Source: Azolla caroliniana
Lineage: Eukaryota; Plantae; Polypodiophyta
DNA: 64,000 bases
Direction: 5' to 3'
Assembly (NCBI GenBank): GCA_043228905.1
Contig: JBHGNT010000012.1
Coordinates: 7,068,001-7,132,000 of the forward strand
This document shows positions 1 to 12,062 of this stretch, in pieces (within the stretch, counting starts at the first letter, position 1; each line of letters opens with the position of its first letter). Both the position numbers and the translations under genes were made by a program. The notes below the pieces were generated by a model. It was not told the origin of the DNA and searched no databases. It worked only from the letters and a program-made list of their open reading frames with translations.

Positions 1-135
1 GGGGAGTACTTTTAGTACTAACAATGACTTGGGCTAGGAACACATTGCTAACTTGCTTGGAAGGAATGGAACCACTAATGGGCTGTACAGATCTAGGGTT
101 GTTGTCCAACCAAACGGCTCCTATTTTGGCTAGAC

Positions 136-1293
136 TCAATCGTTTAACTCTTCATCTAATTGACTAAGGATTTCAAATTTATTTGAGATACTTGGGCTAT
201 TAGTACTATGAATACTATCAAACACTCTATTAGTACTATTAATACTATCAGACACTCCTAAGGGAAGAATTGACTCGGGTTTAGTACAAGCTACAATTTG
301 ATTTACCTATCTTCTTGGCCTATGGGGACAATTGATTGCGATATGCCCTGGTCCACCGCAATAAAGACATAATCGATTTGCACGTCGTCGTTGCTTTTCT
401 TCTTCCGATAACGGGCCGCGTCGACGCATGGTATCGATCTCCATCGGTGTCGAAGTATTTTCTTGAGGTATGTCTCGTGCAAACGGTCTAGCCGCGACTG
501 CGGCGTAAGTGGGCTCCGGCCTAGCGCGTGGTATCTGTAATTGACGTTCCGAACGCCGTTCGAAGAGGCGGTTGTCACATCGGACTGCTCAACTGATTGC
601 CTCCGTAAGAGACTTTGGTTCTTCGGGGAAGGTTAGAAGTAGATCTTTGACATCATTTCCCAGGCCATAGCGAAACTGCTCCATTAGCGCTTGATCATCC
701 TAGGGTATGTCGGAAGCGAGTAGGCGGAAATCCGCCGCGTAGGCAGAGGCTGGACGATCGCCTTGACGCAATCGCCGGATCTTGTTGATCGCCGTCCTGA
801 TGCTGTCGGTGTCTCCAAAGCAGGCTTTGAACTCACTAATAAAATCTTCAAAGTTATTAAGCAAGGGCGATTGTTTTTTTAGAAGCGGAGCGAACCATGC
901 TAAGGCTGAGCCGCTAAGCAACGTGCCTATTAAGCCGACTCGGGATGCATCAGTGGGGTATCGGGAAGGATGCATTTGGAGGACTAATCGTACCTGATTA
1001 AGGAATCCCCTGAATTGCGATCGCGTTCCATCAAATTTCACAGGAAGTCCAATCTTCGGCTCTTTATGAAATCCTTGGGGACTTGATCCTTGTTGTTGCA
1101 ATGCAGCTTCGAGTTGTTGCACTCGTAACGCTAACTCCCCATGTTGTTGCTGCGTTTGTTGCTTTTCTAGAGCGATTTGTTGCAGATCCCCTATCAGCCG
1201 TTGGTTTTCTTGTTCCAGGGCAACAAACTTTTCTTTTAGGCACTGTAACTCGGAGAAAACGGATTGATATTCATGGGCGCTAACAGTAGCCAT
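136..1293 (-). pseudogene. gag: Ty3/gypsy gag (Tcn1/Tf1/sushi-like), element A, with premature stops
   Basis: ORF 700-1293 (EPKIGLPVKFDG...LRQGDRPASAYAADFR) continues in frame past a TAG at 700 to PMEID and a CCHC knuckle [14 protein letters not shown], ending near ...GAG TTA AAC GAT TGA at ~136. The element runs off the left edge. Confidence 0.85.
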
Positions 1294-1632
1294 AGTAGAG
1301 GGAAAAAGGTAGGAGGATGAGGGAGAACGACAAGTAGGCTGGAGGAAAGAGGAAAAAATTGGTTCAAACTGTCAAGAATAGTACTAAAGCAGAGATGGAA
1401 TTAGTACTAAGAAGAGTAGTACTATTAGTACTAAGAGGATGGGACTGCGTATTATTCCCGAGAGAGAGAAAGTGAGAAGAGTAGAGAGAGAGAGATAAGA
1501 TGATGACAGCAGCTCTTATATTATATGAAAGATAAGTACAAATCGGCTAAGAGGCTTAAGACTAGTGTTGAACCAATTTGGTTCAACATAATGCCTAGTG
1601 CCCTCTTTTATAGTGTTCTCAGGAATAATCCT

Positions 1633-1650
1633 GAAGCTTCTAGAATGTTC
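1633..1650. promoter_or_regulatory. Heat-shock element in LTR A
   Basis: GAAgcTTCtaGAAtgTTC: four alternating nGAAn units ~20 nt upstream of the LTR TATA box. Confidence 0.6.
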
Positions 1651-1719
1651 CAGAGAGATCTGGAATATACATCAATTTTCTATGATAATACATAAATGAA
1701 AATAATATCCTACGTATTA

Positions 1720-1790
1720 CAATTCATGGTCTAATGGTAAGAGCTCGACCCATGTAGCATAAGGTCATGGGTTCGAGTCTTGCCATATCA
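1720..1790 (+). promoter_or_regulatory. tRNA-like Pol III A/B-box cassette in U3 of LTR A
   Basis: A-box TGGTCTAATGG 1727-1737, then AGGTC, then B-box GGTTCGAGTC 1770-1779, at tRNA spacing. Confidence 0.7.
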
Positions 1791-1795
1791 TGACA

Positions 1796-2291
1796 GTAGG
1801 ACGATCTCCTTGTCGTAATCCTCGAATTTTATTTATTATTGTCCTCATGCTATGAGTGTATCCAAATCTAGCTTCAAAATCCTTTATAAAATCCTTCAAA
1901 ATCTTCTAATAATGGTGAGTGCTTCTCCAAGAGTGGTGCAAACCATGTTAATGCAGTACTAGTTAACAAGGTACCAACCAGTCCCACACGAGCAACATTG
2001 GTTGGGTAACGACTAGGATGTAATTTAATCACAAGTTGTACATGATTTAAAAATCCACAAAATAGACACCTTGTACCATCAAACGTGTCCCAAAGACTAA
2101 TCTTCCACTGCTTGTTGTTGCAGTAGAGTAGCCTCCAATTGATGCCCACATTGAGATAATTCTTCATATCTTACTTGTTGTAGATCCCCGAACAGTCTTT
2201 GATTTTCTTGCTCCAATGCCACGAACTTAGTTGTTAGCATGTCAAGCTCAGATAATACGCGCATATATTCTTGCTTGCTGATGGTCTCCAT
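1796..2291 (-). pseudogene. gag: Ty3 gag 5' fragment, element B (older relative of A), frameshifted
   Basis: METISKQEY...FVALEQENQRLFGDLQQ and LHPSRYPT...VGLVGTLL...WFAPLLEK align with element A gag. Confidence 0.85.
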
Positions 2292-2374
2292 AGTTATGAG
2301 AGAAATTTGCTAGATTTCTTGAATAAAAAAGATAAGAAGAAGTTGGAGAAGAAGAAAGAAGATTCGGTTCAAAC

Positions 2375-2815
2375 TGTCACGACTGGAGAGCAAGACAGAC
2401 TCGAGAGAATAGAAGAAAGATGATGATAGAAGGTAGAGAGAGAGAGAGAGAGAGAGAAACAGGAAGGAGTTTATATTATAAGAGAACAAGGGTTATAAAG
2501 AGTAGGCTAAAGGGTGAAGATTAGTGTTGAACCAAATGAGTTGTGATGAATGAATAAACACCTATTTATAGGTCCTTATGGAGTATTCTAGAATGTTCTA
2601 GAATATTTCAGATATTTATGATATTTAAGATAATCATGGAATATTACAGAATGTTCCAAAATACTCTAAAATGTTCTAGAATATTCTAAATATCTTGTAA
2701 TAACTAATGATATAATTATTATAATTATGTTATTATAATGGTTAAAGGTTTAACCAATAGACCACAAAGTTGTGGGTTCGAATCCTTGTAAGACAAAATG
2801 TATGTCTTCATGACA
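2375..2815 (-). mobile_element. 5' LTR of Ty3 element B, inserted in a copia gag
   Basis: TGTCA...TGACA termini and the same layout as LTR A: TATA 2563-2570, HSE 2586-2603, tRNA-like cassette ~2731-2787. Confidence 0.8.
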
Positions 2816-3370
2816 AATGCATCCTGATGGTTGATCTCGCAATTTTGTCGAGTGATAGCCATTTCACTATTGACATATCTATCGACTTATTGTTATGTTG
2901 AATCGCCTCTATTTGGTGTCAGATGATCAACATGTCTTGCATCATCTCCTTCCACAGAGCAAAGTTCTTGCCATCGAATTTTCGGATTTCAACACCAATA
3001 CTGGATGTCGATGCCATCATTCTTGTAGAGGTAACTCCAACCTGGCTCTAATACCACTTTGTTGACTCTGTATGTGTCTGGGTCGGTTGTGATGTGATGA
3101 TGGACCGACTAGTGCGGAAGTGTGTGGAGCTTACTATGGAGTTAACAAAGCACGTGAAATGAAGAAATCAAAGGTTGACTACCTTCATCCCCACTAATGG
3201 TTCTCTTTTCATAGCACATGTTGGAGGATGTGCGATTTAGTGGGGATGGATGTCTTGATGTAGTGTGGGCGAAGGTAGAATTGGGATAAAAAGAGGGTCT
3301 ACCCACATCCACATAAAGATATGTATATAGGGAAAGATATAAATAATAAATCAAGCTAAATTTCCTAGTG
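2816..3370 (-). mobile_element. Ty1/copia 5' fragment (LTR remnant, tRNA-iMet PBS, gag start)
   Basis: Minus strand reads ...TCAACA AAG TGGTATTAGAGCC, then MASTSSIGVEIRKFDGKNFALWKEMMQD. The LTR starts at 3060; its outer end is approximate. Confidence 0.7.
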
Positions 3371-4167
3371 ATTAGAGTACTTGATTATAAGAGCTGCAAC
3401 GTTTGATTCTCTACTAGTGTGCATTAAGGCATTATTCCCTTTTGTATTTTCAAAGAAAAAAGCAGTAAATGGATCTAATGTTGAAAATAGGCACCTGGTG
3501 AAAAATGCTTATTTCAGGTCACCCATTTTTGTGGTTTGGAGCATACCATTAGATTTTTTGCTTCCTCTTCTTCACTTCTTACTTCTTCATCTTATTCTCT
3601 TGAACCTACTTGAGGTTTTAGGGTTTTAATTTTCCTCTTTTTCATGAGTATTATGGTTCTTCTTTTCCGTCTTCTTATTCTCAAGTGTGCCTTGAGATCG
3701 ATTCTCTAGCCAACGCCATTATGTGTTGGTGTCTTCAAAGAAGGGGTTTGAAAAACTCACACATTGGTGATGAAACGAGAGGATGAAGTGGCCCAAGGAC
3801 ACTATTTCAACTTGAGGGTTCGTTATTGTTGAATGTAGGCGGGATCTCAACAACCCACTTGACTCGCACCTTCATTAGAAACTCGGTAGCCACCCCAACT
3901 TTTGTTTCCATTTAAACTTAAAGTTTATCTTGTAACCGTCCAATATAACACTTATTTTTACCACCGTTATACTTAATCTTTATGAACATTTTGTAAACCC
4001 TACTTTATAAAGGTTTTTCTTGTATTGTCTAAATTTTAATATGGGTTCATTTGGTCTTAAAACAATGTATTTATGTTAATATTTTGTATTAAGCCCAATC
4101 TTGTGTGCTAATCACCCCCAAAACCTTTGTGAAGAGAGGAGAAGATAGACGAAAAGTCGCATCCTCT

Positions 4168-4475
4168 ACATTAGAGTCCTTCAAGCATTTGAGTCCTCCA
4201 AGCATTCGAGTCCTCCAAGCATTTGAGTCCCCTATACATTTAAGTCCTCCAAGAATTTGAGTCCCCTCAATGTTCGAGTCCTCCGAGCATTTGAGTCCCC
4301 TGAATGTTCGAGTTCTCCGTGCTTTCGAGGCCCCTTAACATTCGAGTCCTTCGAGCGTTCGGGTTCTTTGAGCATTCGTGCCCCACTCTACAATTGAGTC
4401 TTGTGAGTGTTTGATTCTGGCTCTACATTTGAGTCCTCCGAGCATTCGATTCCCGTTCAATGTTTGAGTTCCCCT
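4168..4475. repeat. 17-bp minisatellite, ~18 degenerate copies
   Basis: Unit TTYGAGTCCTCCRAGCA in tandem. Confidence 0.9.
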
Positions 4476-4994
4476 ACCTCTGTATCCTCCTAATCTTTGT
4501 GTCCTCCATGGTTCAACAGCCTCGTGGTCCCACTCAAGTAGCACACACTCGCGTGTTTATGTAAGAGTAGTTTGTGTTTTTGGCATTACACCGTGGGTGG
4601 AGAGTTGGTTTCTATACCCAACTTCATGTAAGTAGCCAAAATTGTGTGCCCCCATTGTGCTTTCGTTAAGATTTTGCAAATTTTCCATAAGGTGGCTTGA
4701 TCTTTCTGTTTTCCTTCAATAAATATCCCACAGATATTGACCCATAATTGTGGTTTTATGGGCATGGGTACCATTGGGGCTGTCATTGTATCTTGTGTCA
4801 ACTTGTTTTTAGGGATCCACAATATCTTGTGTGATGGTAGTGAATGAAAAAATCTTGGCATTTTTGCTTTCTTCAATGATGTCCTTGGCCAAGTCTTCGT
4901 CAATATTAACTTGGGTAGGGTGGGAGATCTCTTTCACAATGCTCAGTCTCTCTTCTTTAAGGTTCATGAGTGAAGGGAAATAGATTGCACCTTT

Positions 4995-5876
4995 TCTTGG
5001 GAAACAGGTCCCTCCAGATGGGAAGGAAGAAGAACAGTGCCGATGAACAAACTCGGCCGAGGCCGATAGGCCAAGGCCGAAACCGGATGAGGAGTACCCG
5101 GCTACGGAGAGCTGGATGGTACAGACCCGGTGAGAACCGGATGAGGAGTACCCGGCTACGGAGAGCCGGATGGTACAGACCCGGTGAGAACCGTATGAGG
5201 AGTACCCGGCTACGGAGAGCCGGATGGTGCAGGCCCGGTATGAACCGGATGAGGAGTACCCGGCTACGGAGAGCCGGATGGTACAGACCCGGTGAGAACC
5301 GGATGAGGAGTACCTGGCTACGGAGAGCCGGATGGTGCAGGCCCAGTATGAACTGGATGAGGAGTACCCGGCTATGGAGAGCTGGATGGTACAAACCCAG
5401 TGAGAACCGGATGAAGAGACATATTCGTAAATATGTTTTCTGAGAGCCCATCGAGGCTACATTTGTAAATAGCCGAAAAGTCATATTAGTATAAATATGA
5501 CTTAGGGCAAACTTTTAGGAACTGTTGTTGTTGTCATTTTTCTTTGTTGGTGCAAGAAGAAGAGAGAGCACGTAATAGTGTACAGAGAGAGAGAGAGAGA
5601 AAGAGGTCGTTGCCTCTGTTGTAACCGCCGCATGTGGCGAAGATCTGTGAGCACGAGGTCGTTGCCTCAGTGAACTCACTGTTGTACATTCTCACATAGT
5701 GACAGTTTGCAGCCCGTGGGCTGCCGTGGTTTTTTCCCCTAGTTTGGGGTTTTCCACGTAAACCTCCCGTGTATCTTTCTCCTCTTTGTGTCGAGTTTTA
5801 TTTCCCGTTTTCTGTGTATCATTCTAAGCTCGGTTGTGGCCGAGCGTTGCGCATAAGGAACGTTGGGTTTCCGTCA
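4995..5876 (+). mobile_element. Ty1/copia solo LTR related to the LTRs at 25822 and 40892
   Basis: 5-bp TSD CCTTT (4990-4994 / 5877-5881); shares GGTCCCTCCAGATGGG, AGTATAAATATGACTTAGGGCAA and CTCGGTTGTGGC blocks with the copia LTRs. Confidence 0.85.
5080..5413. repeat. 54-bp tandem repeat, ~6 copies, in solo-LTR U3
   Basis: Unit GAACCGGATGAGGAGTACCCGGCTACGGAGAGCCGGATGGTACAGACCCGGTGA. Confidence 0.95.
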
Positions 5877-6028
5877 CCTTTGCTGGTCACAAGCATGTAT
5901 TGGCTAGCTTGACACCAATTGTGACCTAAAAGGCACCCCATTTTTGTAGAGTTCATGATTGGTGCATCGAACTGTCAGGCTTATGAATGAAGAGAATTCG
6001 TAGCGAAAAGGGAGAGAGACGAGCACGG

Positions 6029-7062
6029 TGTCGTGGCGTGGCTCGCCCAGAAGCGTAGCGTTGCATAGACAGAAGATAACGTGAAAGTGAGAAAGCAATC
6101 ACTGAGATTTTGGACGGAAGAGACAAAAGAGTAGAAATAGATAAATAGTGATCAACAAGATATGACAAGATAGGATATAGAATGATAATTGAAGCAATAA
6201 AAGAGATTTATAATTATTTGATGAAAGAGTTACAAAAGTGGTTGTAAGCGGCGTTGATCCTTCGAGCTTGGTCTCACAAGATAATCGCTCTTCTCTTTCT
6301 TGATAGTAAGCCACAACAATCTTCACTTCAATATTTTGATGAAGATAAGGCTCGAACCGCCTCCCTCTTGTTGAGAGTTGACCACCACGATCGCCAAGCT
6401 AGAGCTCCCTCTTTATGTTGAACTTCTTCCTTTCTTTTTCTATTTTATGGTATCTCTTATGTAATATATATTTGATTGATATCTCATACTTCTCCCCCTT
6501 TGATCTTCTCTTTCACCATTAAAATAGGTGCCCCCATGCATATGATGCATTGGAGGGTACAAGTCATGCATGTAGTGCATGAAATGCATGTGATGCATGG
6601 TAGGCATCTCGCTCATTTGAGCTTTCATGTATGAAAAAATATATGGCATAACAATAAACATGAAAATATAATTTTAAAAACAAAGCACCTAGCCTAATGG
6701 TAGGTGTGTTGACTTTGGTATTGAGGTTGTGGGTTTGAGTCTCTCAAATATTATTGAATACAACATGTAACGTCATTCTTGTATCATGAAGCAAATCCAT
6801 TATTTTATATATATTATTAGTATAGAGTAAATGGTAAGATTTGAAAGTCATAGGGTGGGGTTATTGGTTCAAGTCCTCTCTTGTTCGTGTAATATAATAT
6901 ATTTATATATATATATATATATTATTTTTCTTTACATATATATAATATTATCATATATGTTGTTAATATTATCTTTATATATAAAACATTATCAAATTTT
7001 ATTTTAGTTTCGTATTTATCTTATTGTAGACTTTTAATGTGAAGCTTTCGTACTTCACGACA
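6029..7062 (-). mobile_element. Solo LTR (Ylt1-like family) with two tRNA-like cassettes
   Basis: TGTCGTG...CACGACA termini; 4-bp TSD ACGG (6025-6028 / 7063-7066); A/B boxes at ~6690-6745 and ~6823-6877. Confidence 0.85.
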
Positions 7063-8712
7063 ACGGAAAAGAGATGAAGATAGTGTATGATTCAAGGAGA
7101 AAAGAGTATATGATGAAAATATGCTTTTTTAAATTGAGAATACAAGATTTTACCAAAGTTACAATAGTTGATCGTAAGGATGACAACTTGTCTTTGCAAA
7201 ACTCTGGCTCAAATCCTTGATTTCGATCTTGAAAGACGATACACTTTCTAGATAAGCTAGCTTAGTATCATGATGATAAATATATTTTCCTTCTTAACTG
7301 ATCGGTTGATTGATTGATTGATCGATCGATGCATTAATGCTTCCTTTCATTCGCCTTATATAGGCGTTCAAATGCATGTGATGTATGTGAGAGTGCATGC
7401 AATGCATGTGATGTGTGATTGTCATTTGGCATACATGTGCTACGTGTGATGCATGGCATCCATGTTGCTCATTTGAGTCAATATGTATGAAATATACATA
7501 AGAAGTAATTACAATGAAGAAATTAATAGAAAAGCTTATCTAAATGGTCCATACTAAGTGTGCAATATACAAGGTTATAGGTTTAATCCTTATAAATGTC
7601 ATTTGATATACTATTTGAATTTGTTTTTACAATGTGACACAATTGCTTCACGACACCCACACACCCACTTCTAAACTTGCACACTTGTTGTACAAGTTCA
7701 CTTATGTTGGTCTCCATCCTGTTGTTCAAGGTTTTCAACTTCATATTATGATAGTTCAAGTTCAGTAGCTTCCCTCTTCTTGAAAATCTTTTTCCTCTTA
7801 ACTGCAATTAGAGTTTAAATCTCAGTTCCTTCTTACTCACAAAGGTAGTACGCACCCGTATTGGTAACGTTTCTTACTTCATAAGGCCTAAACCATCTTC
7901 TTGCAAACTTCCTATTAGTAATGTATTGGTTATCAAGGCTATTATCTAGTACCAATACCCAGTCTCTCTCTTGAATTTTTTGTGGCCTTAGTCTTTTTAT
8001 TTTATCAAATATTTCTTTGTTCTTGACATGTGCGACTTTTAGCTTCTTTCGCACCATTTCTACATCTTCAGCCCTACATTGGAGTTGTCAGATCTAAACT
8101 GCAAGCAAGTCTTCCCTGCTCATTTCTGACTCCCAATGACGTACTACCCATGTGTCATCAACTGAAGTGTTCTTTTTGTCGATTGTCATTATTGGCGTTT
8201 GCCCTATCATCAACTCTATTGGCCTATATCGTGTTACAAAATTATGTGTTCTTCTATCATCCCAAGAGGCAAGGGTAGGACCTTTGGCCAATTATTTGCT
8301 CAACCATTACAAGCTTTTGCTAAAGCTTTAACTATTGGACCATGTCCTCTTTCTAATTTTCCATTGGCCTCTGGATTATATATGTTGTTATTAATGACAA
8401 TTGAATACCAATTTTCTCAAAGAAATGATGGGCTTCCTTAGAGTTGACCTCTTCTCTATCGGCCAACATTTTCCCCACACACTATTTCTTCTAGAATAAA
8501 CTAGCATACAACTAATGTGGTCTTCAACCTTAGTGTTTTGCATCTACTTTATTTATAAGGTCTTCCCTTGCTAGCATTAAGTATTTCTTCTGTCCAAATT
8601 CCGTTGGCATAGCCACCAAATCCACCATCCACTTATAATGTCACTCGATGGATAGGTCACGTGTAGCTCATCTCAATGTTGATATTCGAATAAATTTGAC
8701 AAGTTGGGCAAG

Positions 8713-9446
8713 TGTTACGTGCATAACCATAATTGATCATGATATAGGTTTTCTTAAGTTTTCCTAATCTTATGATGAGTGTGTGTGGATTAATTCTGAA
8801 AGGAATAAGGGTGAAATTAGTCCCACAAGTTTGTAGAACTTTAATAGTTCTCAAACATATTGCTTTATTTGCCTAATTGATCAATCTTTTAATTGGCAAA
8901 GCGCATCAAAATGCACTTCCCTAAATTACTGATTGCAAGAGTGCAATCTTTTTAAATGAGGGAGTATGTTGCATGCATAATCATAACTAATCATAGGATA
9001 GGTTTTCTGTAGTTTTGCCTATTCTTATGATGAGTGTGTGTGGGTTAATTCTAAAGTGTGAACATACTAGGGGCCTACGGTTTCTACCTATATTTGAAGG
9101 ATAGCTACCTTCTTTTCAAGGAGGCTTGACTTATGTTGAGACTACCTAGTTGTGCTTTTAGCATCAACTCCATATCAAAGTTGGAAACTCCTCATGCTTT
9201 GCCATAAATGTTTGGAGTTCATATTTATGATAGTGTAGCTATGGCTCTTGTTAGCTACGCATCTGTGATCCTTGCAAGACCCAAGGTATGATCGCATCAA
9301 CCCTCAATGGTATGCAACATCGAGGAGGTTCAAGCCCATCTCACACCGTTGTTAGGGGGTGGTCAGGTGGTTTGGCACCTCTATTTCCTTTCTTTGGTAT
9401 ATAAATCCTTATTTTTTGCATAAATAATTAGTTAGGGACTCTAACA
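8713..9446. mobile_element. Solo LTR inserted in an integrase zinc-finger region
   Basis: TGTTA...TAACA termini; 5-bp TSD GCAAG (8708-8712 / 9447-9451). Removing it restores KKYIEACPTCQ. Confidence 0.85.
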
Positions 9447-12062
9447 GCAAGCCTCAATGTATTTCTTCACGTCATTGTAGAACCTGTGCCATCAATATCT
9501 TTCTTTTACTTTAGTGAATGTCGTCCAAATTCCTTAATCTGCAGTTCATTCCATGTCATGTAACTCTTTTAATATTTGACTTCGTTGTTGTTGGTTATAG
9601 ATAAATTGTCGCAGATTTCCCGATTTGAACTTTGGGCTTTTCCACAAGTACCCTTTATATAGGACGAATTTGTGAGCCTTCTTTCTAAAGTTTGGGAAGT
9701 TATCATATTGTGTTTCTAGGAATTCCTTCTCTTCAGTTGGCTCACCCCCTTTGATTGTGCTCATCGTTAAGGACATATGGTCTCCTTCTTCATCGTTTTA
9801 TTCTTGCATCTCTTCTTCTCCATATCTCACTCTAGACAACATATTAACTACTAATTTTTTATTGCCAAAAATATGTCGTACTTGGGGGTTGAACGATTTG
9901 ATATAGATGCACCACTTGAGCATGGCTTGATCTAGGATGTCACAATTTGCGATCATCCCTAAAATAGGTAATCAATCATTCTCTGTCATTCTTGGACGTC
10001 AATTAAATAATCTGGCTATCAGTTTTTATGGTAGTGAATATTCCCCAAAGCTGTCATTTTTTTTACTTGCATTGTTATCCACTATGTACCTCTACCCTGA
10101 ATTGAATTGGATGTCTTTAACTTTCATTGTCATCCACTATGCACCTCAACCTTGAATTGAATTGGATGTCTTTAACTTTCATTGTCTTGTTAGCTAGCTT
10201 ATTACCCATCCAATCCGGATTGGTCTTGAATCAATTGTGAGAATCATCGATCGGGTGTAGTCTTAGCCAAACATTCCTTCAATTTTTCAACTACATTTGT
10301 TTGTTCTTTTGTCCCTAGGAATGCTCCCTCTTTGAGGTATATCAATGTGAGGAATAAAATCTTCGAGTACCTTGTGCATGTTCATCATATGGGTGACCGA
10401 ATTTGTTGCTCATTGTAACAAGGTTCACATCCATAGTATTCCTATAGGAGTCTTGATAGAAGTGATACCTCACCTTCCAACTGCAACAATTGCATGTTAG
10501 AATTGGTCATATCTCCCACTCTTCTACTCAACACACACATTTGACTTTCAAAAAAGATAATTACCTTTAGTGAGATTTTCTAATTTCACCTCTTTATTAC
10601 CTTATCACTATCTTCAAGGAGTGGGGTTGTTGTCGGCCGAATATTATGCTTCACTATCTTTTGTGTTAACTTGGACTTCTTTATCCTCGAAAAAGACATT
10701 GATAGCTTTAAATATCTCGATTGAATTTATAGCAATGTTTATATCCTCATTTCCTTCAAGTTTCAAAGACTTCAAAACTTGTAATGTGTCCTCCAAACTA
10801 AACTCCTCAAACATATTTAATACACACTCGTCATCTTCAATCACACCTCTACTTCAAAAATCATTTCCTACCTTATTGTTATTGGCAATCACTATAGTTG
10901 TGCTACTAGTTGACATTGCACACACATCTCTATTACTACGTCTTCTAACCTTGGGATTTGACTATTGTTCAGGCCATCACATCCCCTTCTTATAGAGGCA
11001 TGTTCTAGAAATCCTAGGGGATGAAGGTGTTCTTTATTCCAAACATGGTTTGGTTCAATAGTAAGTAAATAAATTAACTTTCTTCCATCTAGGCTTCGAA
11101 TCCACATGAACGTTGATTTGTTATCTAATAGCTTCATCTCCGTTCTTATTGTAGTGATATAGGCATGAATGACTAGGTAGAAAGACTTCTCTTCAACAAA
11201 GAAATGTTTACCTATAGAAACATCCCCTATAATTACTTTAATGTTGGGGCATGCTTCATAGATATCTTTAGTTGTTGTTCAAACTTTCCACCCATGGTTC
11301 TTCTCAATAAACCACTTCCCATGATTATATGCTCCATAGAGATCTTTAGTTCCTTTAGTTGTTGCTCAAACTTTCCACCCATGGTTATTCTTGATAAACC
11401 ATTTCCTACAATTATAGACGTCTGACGACATTATATTAAACCATGCATTGGTCAATCAATGCAATACATGATTCCACATATTACTTGATCTTGACTAGGG
11501 CTTCCATCATCACTCAAGCCCAATGAGCACGAGTGTAGTGGCTTCTTTCTTCTTGTTGATCGATATCTTTATTTGCACCCCTTACTCTAGCTAATAGTGT
11601 GACTTCCATATCCACATCTTCTTGGATCTGGAACGCTTTCATTCCTTCTGGTTCATCTATCATTTGCCTCTTTCTTCATATCACATCAATTATAACCTCC
11701 TAAAATACTTTCTTTGTGATTCCTAATAGTTCTTTGAGAGTAAGTTCTACCTTACTTACTATGAAGGATTCTAGCTTCTAAAACCTTCTAGATGCAAGGG
11801 TTGCTTTTTGCTTTGACTTTTCTAACCCAATGACTTGAATCTCTATTTCTCTTCTATTCTACTCGCTAGTTTCTAGTCTTTGAGAAGAACCAACTTCATC
11901 TGTTTGTTTTCTCTTCTCTTCTACTTGAACTTCATGGGCATTCACCCCAATGACTTTTGTGACGCTGTTAATGTGTCCACTAGGTCATACCACCCAATAA
12001 TTCATTGAATATCATTGTTATCCTTTCTTAAGTCTCCTTGTTGAACATTTCCTTTACTTGCA

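Larger units (their letters stand above)
1370..1795 (-). mobile_element. 5' LTR of Ty3 element A, inserted in the gag of element B
   Basis: TGTCA...TGACA termini; minus-strand TATA at 1606-1612; interrupts element B gag exactly at RQGDRP (1796). Confidence 0.85.
5973..12060 (-). mobile_element. Degenerate Ylt1-like Ty3 element (3' LTR ~5973-7655 plus decayed pol), interrupted by two solo LTRs
   Basis: Integrase remnants (RLRPQKIQERDWVLVLDNSLDNQ...RKFARRWF; YNDVKKYIEAC|PTCQ) match the 48905-55962 element. LTR edge TTCACGACA at 7655 is followed by a GT-rich PPT-like tract. Outer limits are approximate. Confidence 0.75.

Noticed and set aside
700-1293. Domesticated PEG10/RTL-like gag gene
   Set aside because: Has an adjacent LTR, in-frame stops and a nested insertion context, so it is an ordinary retroelement.
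1720-1790. Functional tRNA gene (also 2731, 6690, 6823, 7537, 40300)
   Set aside because: Only the A/B boxes and part of the T-arm fit; acceptor and anticodon stems do not pair convincingly.
4957-5484. Repeat-protein ORFs on both strands; CRISPR-like look
   Set aside because: By-product of a 54-bp (18-codon) tandem repeat inside a solo LTR; no unique spacers and no cas genes.
4560-5970. Minus-strand frame LLGHNW...GAIYFP flanking the solo LTR
   Set aside because: Possibly an old retroelement protease relic, but too degenerate to annotate.
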